Part shown: piece after piece, positions 19,283-27,489 of the stretch
Position numbering within the stretch: the stretch's first letter is position 1
Layout of the letters: each line of letters opens with the position of its first letter
Source of the DNA: Aliivibrio fischeri ES114
GTDB taxonomy: Bacteria; Pseudomonadota; Gammaproteobacteria; Enterobacterales; Vibrionaceae
Length of the DNA: 32,000 nt
Reading direction: 5' to 3' (one strand)
Assembly: GCF_000011805.1 (NCBI RefSeq)
Contig: NC_006841.2
Notes under the pieces: model-generated
What the model was told of the DNA's origin: nothing
Databases searched by the model: none
What the model saw: the letters and a program-made list of their open reading frames with translations, nothing else
Position numbers and translations under genes: made by a program

Positions 19283-20608
19283 ATGCAAGTATTAGATGAT
19301 ATTTGGTCGTCAATAAAAGGTAATGCAAAAACAAGATACCGAGACCCTTTAATTGGTACTTTTATTGTGTCTTGGTGTTTCTGCAACTGGGATAAATTAG
19401 CATTCCTATTTTGGGGAACAGCAAAAGTTGAAGATAGAATCAGCTCTCTTGCTGAGAGCATGTCTGTTGTTACTGAACCTAGCTTAGTATTCACCGATTG
19501 GGATTTGATTATATTCCCAGTGGTGATCACGGCAGGCTACTTATTTCTTATGCCGTGGGCATCGCTATGGGTGAAGAGGAAGCAAGAGAAAAGCATTATC
19601 TCCCAGCATACACATGCGGTAGATTTAGACATCGAGCAGGCAAAGAAACAATGGGAGCTAAACAAAGAGAAGCTTCGTTCAAATCCTGAGAAAGATTTTC
19701 TAGCGAAGGATGTTGAATTAGATATACAAAGAGAAAAAGAACGTTTGGAGCGTAGAAATAAGATAACGAATTATATTGATAAAAAGGTTGAAGCTGCGAC
19801 TTTATTAGCTGAAAAAAGTAAACTAGATCTTGAAGACAAGAAAAGGTCAGATGAGAAAGAACGATTGGCACTACAAGAAAAGCAGCGTAGAGAAGACTCC
19901 GAGAAGCAACGCTTTGAAGAACATACCGCAATCCATCGTGCGACTCTAGCTTCTCACCGTTTCCCAGCAACCTATTACTTTATGGATTTACTTTCAAACT
20001 CTTTAAAAGAGGACAACGTAGTATTATCACTATCAGCACTTTCGTCTTGTGTAGCAGCAATTTTTGGCTATAAAACCGTAGATGAGTTAATCAACGATAA
20101 AGAGTTTCATAATGATAATTTAAAGTTGCTGAAATACATTGTGTTAGATGATGACCTAACGAAGAAACTAGATTCTATTTGTGAGCAAGAAGGTTCAGAT
20201 AATGAAGATGTAACACCAGATTTATTGTTTGATCATATATATGGCCTTTTTGATGAATTACCATACGAGTTGCTGTCAGATGAATCATTGGCAGAAATTA
20301 TTTCAGAAAGGATCAATACAGATGCTTATGATTTACTACAGAGTGATGATCTGTCAGGTTCTATGGCTGAGACGGATACAATTTTTGATGAAATAATACT
20401 AGAAATGGATGATTTTTCTTTGAATGATAGTTTTGACGTAAAGCTAAGCGGTTATGCAAGTGGTTCACACAGAAGAGAAGAAGGTGTTCATGGACAAGAT
20501 CTTACCGTCCATGTTGAAGCAAGTTGCCTGCCAGTGTTGGGATCATTTGGTTTGAAGGACTATGAACTTGAGATCAGTGGTAGCCCAAGAGACTATAGTC
20601 GTGAGTAG
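19283..20608 (+). CDS. Membrane-anchored coiled-coil protein of unknown function downstream of hsdR
   Basis: Two probable N-terminal TM segments (LIGTFIVSWCFCNWDKLAFLFWG; LIIFPVVITAGYLFLMPWASLWV) followed by a long charged helix (ERLERRNKITNYIDKKVEAATLLAEKSKLDLEDKK...). It begins 24 bp after hsdR. Confidence 0.8.
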   Translation: MQVLDDIWSSIKGNAKTRYRDPLIGTFIVSWCFCNWDKLAFLFWGTAKVEDRISSLAESMSVVTEPSLVFTDWDLIIFPVVITAGYLFLMPWASLWVKRKQEKSIISQHTHAVDLDIEQAKKQWELNKEKLRSNPEKDFLAKDVELDIQREKERLERRNKITNYIDKKVEAATLLAEKSKLDLEDKKRSDEKERLALQEKQRREDSEKQRFEEHTAIHRATLASHRFPATYYFMDLLSNSLKEDNVVLSLSALSSCVAAIFGYKTVDELINDKEFHNDNLKLLKYIVLDDDLTKKLDSICEQEGSDNEDVTPDLLFDHIYGLFDELPYELLSDESLAEIISERINTDAYDLLQSDDLSGSMAETDTIFDEIILEMDDFSLNDSFDVKLSGYASGSHRREEGVHGQDLTVHVEASCLPVLGSFGLKDYELEISGSPRDYSRE

Positions 20609-21000
20609 AGAAAGAAGGGCTCTTCCGTTTACCCTAAAGATTTGACCTGCTACATGAACCTTTGGCCGTTTTGAGGTAGATTCTTGATACGATGGTTTGT
20701 GGTATGTAATACCTACCTATTTTACTGTTTTTATTTTAAATTATTGAAGGACTAAATATCTTCCTTATTCGTGTCATATTCTAAGTTCGGCGTTTTAAAG
20801 CTTCAACTAAAACTAAATGGGGATATTATTCGATATTAACATTTATAACAAAGTTGTGTAGGTCTACTTATGGCTCTTTCCTTTTATTTTTAGGTTAGGT
20901 CTAATGCTTTGAAAAGGTACGAGGCTTTGTGTCTAGTGACATGTTGTGTCGCATAAACGTAAGCTGTTTTATTTGATGTAAATTAGAAAGATAGATTTTA

Positions 21001-22650
21001 ATGGACAATATATACAAAGGCACGTTTATAGCCTTAGAGGCATGGACTAAAAGCCATAAGAATGAAGATGAGATAGTCGGTGATATTCATTTTCCAGATG
21101 ACGATATGATATATAGCGGAATTCTGGACTCATCATTGCTAAACAAGTGGAAGGTTTTTGAATTTGAAGCTGAAGCAGAAATACCAGTGTCTCTGGTAAG
21201 AGTGCAAAAAAGCGATGATTATGAATACGATTTTAAAGTTGAGACAGTAGACTTTGAAGTTGAAAACAAGTTTTCAACGACAGTTACTAACCTTGTCGCT
21301 GACACAAATAATGATAATAAAGTGAAAGGTAGGGTAACTATTTCTCAAGATAGCAAGCCTGGAATTAGGTGCTATATCAATATAGATCTGGGTACAAATA
21401 CATTTACTCTCCCTTCACAAAAATCCGCTTCGGATGGTGTTCATGCTGTTGTTAAATACAATTCAAAGCGTGAGTGGCCGTTTAGTGCCATCCAATTAGT
21501 GGGTGGATGTGTAGGCAATTTAATTGAATGTCCACAGTTAACCTTTCCAAAGACAACGCATGTGCCAGATGAAGGCTTTGATGAAGTCACTTTTCAATTT
21601 GGCACATTGAGCATTTACACACCACTTAGTGGCCAATTGTGGCACAAATTCAAAGACTCATTAGATTCTTATCGGTTACGTTTGAATATCCCCCAACACA
21701 ATGAATTCATTTTCCCGGTTGTTTATAAGTTATGGAAAAACGAGCAAAACCGCATTGATTTAAATAAGGCACATATTCGTAGAATCTTTTCAAAACAAAC
21801 ATGTATTGCTATAGAAGCCGACATCGAAGCAAAGGCAACTTCTACATGGTTTCGCCCTGAGGGCGTTAGATATGACGTAAGTATTCAGCACAATGAAATG
21901 ATGCTTCATGGTTTTAGAGATATAGAGATCAATACATCTGTTCAGTTTCAGCTCGAAGACGTTTGGGAAAAGCGACAAAGAGAAACGGACGAAGGAACAA
22001 AGATATTTTATAACAACAATAACCGCTGGCGTATTAAGCATATACAGTCCAATGAACAGCGAGTCTTGGCACTTAATGGAAAGGAGTTTAATGGTGAAGT
22101 GTTATTCGATTGGTCGTCTATTGGTGCCGAACATGATCTAGATGATGACCATTTACGGCGTTTAGTCCCATCTACGCAGTCTCAATGTTGGGTGACTGTA
22201 GAGGCTAAAGGAATCGGAAAGGTCGCCATTCAAGTCAACCCTTCAATGCTAAAGTTACATTCATTCATACCTTCAGGCAGCCAAGTAAAAATTAAGTTAC
22301 GTGTCGCACAACGTCGCGGTTTTGAAGATATCAATGAAGAAGGTGTTTTCGAAATATGGTGTGCAAGTATTTATGTCGATATTGAAAAAAGAACGCCTTC
22401 AATCTCGAGGACTCGCCGTTTGAAAATTGAGAGTGTTGAAAAATCAATAAGCAAGAATGACAATGAGATGTTGAAAATTAGTTTTTCTGATCCCACATCT
22501 AAATCTATAACAGTAAAAGAGTTTTCTCATCCCTTGTCTTATTTGAAAGCAATGAATCTTATCGATGTAACTGATAAATATTGCCATGTTACTGCCTTCC
22601 AAATTAATGACACTTTGCATGTGAAACGTATCGATTTAGTAGAGATGTAA
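21001..22650 (+). CDS. Unknown 549-aa protein, first gene of operon B
   Basis: Long ORF, 4 bp upstream of the helicase ORF. The sequence appears beta-rich. No family recognised. Confidence 0.85.
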   Translation: MDNIYKGTFIALEAWTKSHKNEDEIVGDIHFPDDDMIYSGILDSSLLNKWKVFEFEAEAEIPVSLVRVQKSDDYEYDFKVETVDFEVENKFSTTVTNLVADTNNDNKVKGRVTISQDSKPGIRCYINIDLGTNTFTLPSQKSASDGVHAVVKYNSKREWPFSAIQLVGGCVGNLIECPQLTFPKTTHVPDEGFDEVTFQFGTLSIYTPLSGQLWHKFKDSLDSYRLRLNIPQHNEFIFPVVYKLWKNEQNRIDLNKAHIRRIFSKQTCIAIEADIEAKATSTWFRPEGVRYDVSIQHNEMMLHGFRDIEINTSVQFQLEDVWEKRQRETDEGTKIFYNNNNRWRIKHIQSNEQRVLALNGKEFNGEVLFDWSSIGAEHDLDDDHLRRLVPSTQSQCWVTVEAKGIGKVAIQVNPSMLKLHSFIPSGSQVKIKLRVAQRRGFEDINEEGVFEIWCASIYVDIEKRTPSISRTRRLKIESVEKSISKNDNEMLKISFSDPTSKSITVKEFSHPLSYLKAMNLIDVTDKYCHVTAFQINDTLHVKRIDLVEM

Positions 22651-22654
22651 ATAT

Positions 22655-25600
22655 ATGAAAAAAGCTCTAGCCCTGCATTATAACTTATTACAAGGTCATC
22701 CATTTGGTCAGCTCAGTAAGCCATTATTGAGTAATCAGGATACTTTAATCGAAGCTCATGGCGACATCAAACCCAATGCTTTTGGTGCACTTTCAAAACT
22801 AAGCTGCCTTTATCCTTATAAAGGGTTTGAAACATACAATAAAGACTTATTGAAAACGTTAAATGACGTCAAAGTCTCTAAATCTAAAGAAAGTGATAGC
22901 GCTGGTGATGATAATCAAAGTTTAGACAAAAAACTACCCACTTTCAGCGGTGATAGATATGTTTTAGCAATTGATGTCAATCCTGCATATGGGCGAAAAA
23001 CGATCACGGTAATGATTATTCCTGTGAGAATAAAAAACCTTAGTGGGAACTATAATCGTTTTGTATTTTATCCAGATACATCTTCATTTCCGATAATCAA
23101 TCCAGAACTTTTGGAGGTAGAAGGAAATGTACCGCCACATTGTATCGGGAAAATGGAAAACTTTGATAAATTTGATTATTCAGTATTCAAAGAACCGACA
23201 GAAGACTTGCATGAGCTGTTTACAGTTTCTGAAGCAATGTTTGACAAAATCTGCGATACAACACTAGGTTCTATGGAACACCATGAATCACTCGGTCTCG
23301 ATAACCCAGATGTTACAGTGACGTTGCGTCGTGTGATGGCTGATAATTCGGCGAATCAACACATCATTAACCTCTATCGTGATCTCTTTACTGTTAGTGA
23401 CGATTCATTGACAGGAACGTCTGTATGTAAAACAGATTCTGCTTATAAAGATAATGGCAACGTAAAAAATCTAAATGATGATTACCTTATCAGCTTGCTC
23501 CAATCTCGAGAGAAGCCATTTCTGGCTCATATGGACGAATGCACCGGTACTGATACCGGCGATTACAGACACAGGGAGCTGTTTGCTCTAGATAACACAC
23601 AACGTGGAGCAGCGAGTGTTGCAACGCTCATGCGTGAAGGTGATGTTTTGGCCGTAAATGGACCACCAGGGTCTGGTAAAACCGCGATGCTCAAAGCCAT
23701 TATTAGTCATCAATATGTAGAAGCTGCTTTGGCTAAAGGTGATTGCCCGATCGTTATTGGTGTCGGTGGAACAAATCAGTCTGTTACTAACATTGTTAAT
23801 GCATTTCCTAACGTGTTGTATCAAGGCGATAGTAAAACACTGTTGCACATGAGACGGTGGATTGATGGACCTGCTAATTACGGTACATACTTTCCATCAA
23901 CTAGTATCAAAAATAATATGTCTCCCGAACTGCTCAAATCAGCGGTGCTAGGAGAGGTAGATAAATCAAATAAAGGTGGGGTTGTACGTTGGAGTGGAGA
24001 GCTAGCCAATTTAAATAACCCCTCAAAGTTAGATCAACTCATAGGTCAATTTACGAACTATTGTGGGCAACATTACACTACAACATTTAGTGATTTAGAA
24101 AGCTGCGTTGCACAATTACATCATACACTCACAGCTTACTCTAAAGCGATTAATACCTTGTATTATCAGCTTGTTGAAGAGTTTGACAAAGGTTTTGAGA
24201 CACACCCTAGTATTCACACATCATTTTCAAAATTTTTTGACGAGAAACACAGTAACAGTCAGGGGGCAGCCCAAATTAAAACCATGTACGATTTACTGCA
24301 TGGTGATGATTCGAAAAAAATTCAAATTATTTCAGACGTATGTCGAGAGTACCTGCGAGATAATGACTTAGAAGGTAACAATCCGGCTATATTAGCTAAC
24401 TTTGGCGTTCTTTCTGGTATGGCAAAAGTCATTCTTGCTGATCGCGCGGTAGACCTGCTAGTACGTTCAGAGCTGTTCCATTACGCAGCCCGTTATTGGG
24501 AAGGACGCTATCTGCTTTCTTGTTCGGAGCACTTCTTAATCTACGCATCTCCGTCAAACCTTGAAACTGCGCTTCGAAGAATGTGCATGATTACGCCAAT
24601 ACTGGTCTCAACTGTACAATCTGCGCCCAAAATTTTTGCTTATCAAAAGCCTTCAGGGATATCTGAGCAACCATATTTGTACGGGAAAGCAGATTTATTG
24701 ATTATTGATGAAGCTGGACAGGCAGATATAAGGAGTACGTTACCATTACTTGCGTTGGCAAAGAAAACCATCGCAGTCGGGGATATAGCTCAAATCCCTC
24801 CAGTAATACAAGATGTTACTCCGATACAAGAGCAAGGGTTGTTTCAGACATTGGGTATGGGAGTGAACGAAGCTCATACAAAGCGCTGTTTTGTTCATGC
24901 ATTTAAAAACCAGCTACTTCCTAGTATCAGCGGTAGCATCTTGCATGTGCTTCGACAGATCTCATGTGTCAACCACCAAGGGCAAGGCATGTCACTGCGT
25001 GGTCATTATCGATGCCAAGAAGTCTTGAGTCAGTTTTGTAATGAATTGGTCTATGACAATAGTATTTTTATTATCCCACCTCTTTTTAAAGAGAGGGGAC
25101 CATTTCGCCCACTTACTTGGGTTTCATCAGCATCGGAAACTCAAAAAGTAGGCACATCTCATAAGAATGAAAAAGAAGCTCGGACAATTGTAGAGTGGCT
25201 TATTGACCAATGGCCAAGGATTCATGATCACTATAACAAGCCGAGCAAGCCTAAAAAGCGTTTACCTGACTTAGTGGGTATTATCAGTCCATACAAAAAA
25301 CAAAGCTTAGTTTTTATTGGTCACGACGAGGATGATAGTGGAAGTAAAGGTAAAACTCAGGGCATGTTACATAGCCTTCTAATCAAAAAATTTAAAGGTA
25401 CTGAATATGAAATCACGGTTGATGATGTAGATAAAATGAAGATCGGTACCGTCAATGCACTGCAAGGTGCTGAAAAGCCGATTATTTTATTTAGCGGAAC
25501 TAAAAGTATTAAGTTTGGCGGAGATGTTCATTACCGTGCTGCAGCATATATCTTAAACGTTGCAGTTTCTCGTGCGAAAGAATGCTTTGTGGCATTTATT

Positions 25601-26719
25601 TGCGAAAAGACATTTGGGATCCCCACGGTAACAGAAGGGTTAATACCGCCAACTGACCCAAAATCTGATTCAGTAGGGTATTTAGGTTACTACATCGGCA
25701 AACGTGGAGAACGATTGTTCCCAAGAAGCGTTGTTATCATTGAATCAGACAACAAGATAAAGAAGCTCGAAGCGTTGCTCGGTAAGCGCTACATAGTGGT
25801 TAGCACTAAGGGGAAAGTATTAGGGTTACCATTTAGTGATGAAGAAGCTTTACTGGTAAAGAACGGTTTACACCCTAAATACCAGTACAATGTTAAAAAG
25901 AATCCGAAGAAAAAAAGTAATGACAAAGGTAACGCAGCTCGTAAAGCAGTTAGCGATATTTTACAGCTCTGCGGTGGTGCAGATATTGATGAAATTATTT
26001 TGGCAACGGATGATGACAATGTTGGTGAACACATCGCATGGCATTTACAAGAACTATTTAGGCAGCACCAACCTGACTCTCTTAAAAAGCTTCAGCGTGT
26101 TAGGCTCCGTGGTCTATCACCTAAAGCTGTTAAAGAAGCATTCGATGTAGATAATCGAGATTCGTTAGATATTGCACGAGCTTCTGCTGAGATGGTCAGA
26201 GAGTCATTGGATTTAATTCTAGGGAGAAAGTTAAGTGCAATTGCGCAGAAGTGTCCACTGGTTGGTCAAGGAGAAAGTGTTCGATTAGCTTTAGAGAAAC
26301 GACTAATTCAAGAGGTTGATGAACCTCAAGTCAAGGGAATGGGGCGAGTGAAGGCTGCTATTTTATCTCTCGCTTATGGTCATCTTAAAGAACAACTAGC
26401 TTCAATTACTCACCCCACAGAAGCGCCAGTAACTGTGATCGTAAACGGGAAAAAACTTCGAGGAAGGCTGGTTCAGCAGAGACAAAAGACTGAGGGCCAA
26501 GAGGTAGACAAGTCCATAGAATATATTCGTAATAAAGCGCCATTCGAGTCTGAGGGTTCAGGCTGGACCGTAATCGAATCTGAATTTGAGGAAAGGACGG
26601 TAAGCCCGCCGGATGCATCAACACTTAACGTGATGCGTCAAAATGCCATTGAACAACAAGTTAAACCCGTTGAGAGCTATAAAGCACTAACTGGGCTCTA
26701 TGAGGGAAATGATTTATGA
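22655..26719 (+). CDS. SF1 (DNA2/UPF1-like) helicase fused to a C-terminal type IA topoisomerase-like TOPRIM region
   Basis: Helicase: NGPPGSGKTAML (I), DLLIIDEAGQAD (II), GDIAQIPPV (III), LRGHYRCQ (IV), VGIISPYKKQ, VNALQGAEKPIILFS (V), LNVAVSRAKECF (VI). Topoisomerase-like: VVIIESDNKIKKLEALLGKRYIVVSTKGKVLGLP, ILATDDDNVGEHIAWHL, RVRLRGLSPKAVKEAFD, SLDLILGRKLS, GMGRVKAAIL, PPDASTLNVMRQNA...LYEG. Confidence 0.93.
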   Translation: MKKALALHYNLLQGHPFGQLSKPLLSNQDTLIEAHGDIKPNAFGALSKLSCLYPYKGFETYNKDLLKTLNDVKVSKSKESDSAGDDNQSLDKKLPTFSGDRYVLAIDVNPAYGRKTITVMIIPVRIKNLSGNYNRFVFYPDTSSFPIINPELLEVEGNVPPHCIGKMENFDKFDYSVFKEPTEDLHELFTVSEAMFDKICDTTLGSMEHHESLGLDNPDVTVTLRRVMADNSANQHIINLYRDLFTVSDDSLTGTSVCKTDSAYKDNGNVKNLNDDYLISLLQSREKPFLAHMDECTGTDTGDYRHRELFALDNTQRGAASVATLMREGDVLAVNGPPGSGKTAMLKAIISHQYVEAALAKGDCPIVIGVGGTNQSVTNIVNAFPNVLYQGDSKTLLHMRRWIDGPANYGTYFPSTSIKNNMSPELLKSAVLGEVDKSNKGGVVRWSGELANLNNPSKLDQLIGQFTNYCGQHYTTTFSDLESCVAQLHHTLTAYSKAINTLYYQLVEEFDKGFETHPSIHTSFSKFFDEKHSNSQGAAQIKTMYDLLHGDDSKKIQIISDVCREYLRDNDLEGNNPAILANFGVLSGMAKVILADRAVDLLVRSELFHYAARYWEGRYLLSCSEHFLIYASPSNLETALRRMCMITPILVSTVQSAPKIFAYQKPSGISEQPYLYGKADLLIIDEAGQADIRSTLPLLALAKKTIAVGDIAQIPPVIQDVTPIQEQGLFQTLGMGVNEAHTKRCFVHAFKNQLLPSISGSILHVLRQISCVNHQGQGMSLRGHYRCQEVLSQFCNELVYDNSIFIIPPLFKERGPFRPLTWVSSASETQKVGTSHKNEKEARTIVEWLIDQWPRIHDHYNKPSKPKKRLPDLVGIISPYKKQSLVFIGHDEDDSGSKGKTQGMLHSLLIKKFKGTEYEITVDDVDKMKIGTVNALQGAEKPIILFSGTKSIKFGGDVHYRAAAYILNVAVSRAKECFVAFICEKTFGIPTVTEGLIPPTDPKSDSVGYLGYYIGKRGERLFPRSVVIIESDNKIKKLEALLGKRYIVVSTKGKVLGLPFSDEEALLVKNGLHPKYQYNVKKNPKKKSNDKGNAARKAVSDILQLCGGADIDEIILATDDDNVGEHIAWHLQELFRQHQPDSLKKLQRVRLRGLSPKAVKEAFDVDNRDSLDIARASAEMVRESLDLILGRKLSAIAQKCPLVGQGESVRLALEKRLIQEVDEPQVKGMGRVKAAILSLAYGHLKEQLASITHPTEAPVTVIVNGKKLRGRLVQQRQKTEGQEVDKSIEYIRNKAPFESEGSGWTVIESEFEERTVSPPDASTLNVMRQNAIEQQVKPVESYKALTGLYEGNDL

Positions 26720-27219
26720 TCCAGTCAAATAGTGCGCATGAACCAATTGAAATTATTGTGGATGAACATGAGTTAGCTGAAACATATAAATTACTTGCGC
26801 AAAAACATAAATCTAGTTCAAACGACTCATATCTACATATGAGTAAAACACTTAATACTCTTGAAGCTTTTGAGAAAGCTAACAACACAGGTGACTGTGA
26901 ATATCAGATGGCTCGTGTGGTCTTACAATCAAACAAAAGAGGTTCTGTTGTAGTTGAGCTTGAAACTCATGTTTTGGTAGAGCAAGGTTGGACTGAACAT
27001 TTGTCCATTGACATAGAGAACACAGTTGACGTCGGAATTACCAAGGCTGATCTTGCGGCATTTAAGCAAGGAAACTTTAGTGTTGAGATCTCCAAGCCAC
27101 AAGCAATCTCAAATCTGACAGTTGAAGACTTATTGTCATTAATGGACAAGTACATGATTGGTCGTCCATCGACTTATGCCGAATTATTTGCGATCTTACA
27201 GAAGAGAGTAATTTGTTAA
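26716..27219 (+). CDS. Type IA topoisomerase-like fragment, middle part, as a separate ORF
   Basis: NSAHEPIEI (cf. EAHEAIRP), [28 protein letters not shown] (cf. MTPAKYDSTTLTV...GWTKV), [31 protein letters not shown] (cf. [31 protein letters not shown]). ATGA overlap with the preceding gene. Confidence 0.85.
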   Translation: [167 protein letters not shown]

Positions 27220-27479
27220 ATATTGATGGCGATAACGTTAGATTAACGACTTTAGGACTCTTGATGGCAGAACATCTTGCCAATGAGACGTTGGACGAGT
27301 TCTCACCGACTTTCAGTTTGATACTTGGTCAAGATTTAGAAAAAATAGGACAAGGAAAAATGTCGCCACTGGATGTTCTGATAAAGTACCTTCCTCTTGT
27401 AGGGGATGAAAATGAGTTCGATGACTTCAGAGAGAACGTATGGCATACCTTGTCTGATATTAGTATTGAAGTGTATTAG
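27213..27479 (+). CDS. Type IA topoisomerase-like fragment, continuation after GRPSTYA
   Basis: LLNIDGDNVRLTTLGLLMAEHLANETLDEFSPTFSLILGQDLEKIGQGKMSPLDVLIKYL matches the pattern vxxxxxxxxxTxLGxxvxxxLxxxFxxxxxxxFTxxmExxLdxIaxGkxxWxxvLxxf. TTG start, or entered by frameshift. Confidence 0.75.
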   Translation: MLNIDGDNVRLTTLGLLMAEHLANETLDEFSPTFSLILGQDLEKIGQGKMSPLDVLIKYLPLVGDENEFDDFRENVWHTLSDISIEVY

Positions 27480-27489
27480 GGGATAGTTT

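Noticed and set aside
20609-21000. Small dyad GGTATGTAATACC upstream of operon B as an operator
   Set aside because: Stem is only 5 bp and there is no independent evidence of a binding site.
26836-26880. DSYLHMSKT in the 167-aa ORF as an alternative degenerate catalytic-tyrosine motif
   Set aside because: It lies after the AHEPI block rather than before it, and lacks the Arg and Thr of YxRT. It fits better as the helical segment following AHEAIRP. Kept only as a weak alternative.
21790-26888. Numerous 60-90 aa ORFs opposite or overlapping the helicase-topoisomerase and 549-aa genes
   Set aside because: They lie wholly inside long, motif-supported ORFs, lack recognisable domains or RBS support, and are most likely shadow ORFs. 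The same applies to minus-strand ORFs over hsdM, hsdR, MCP and integrase genes.
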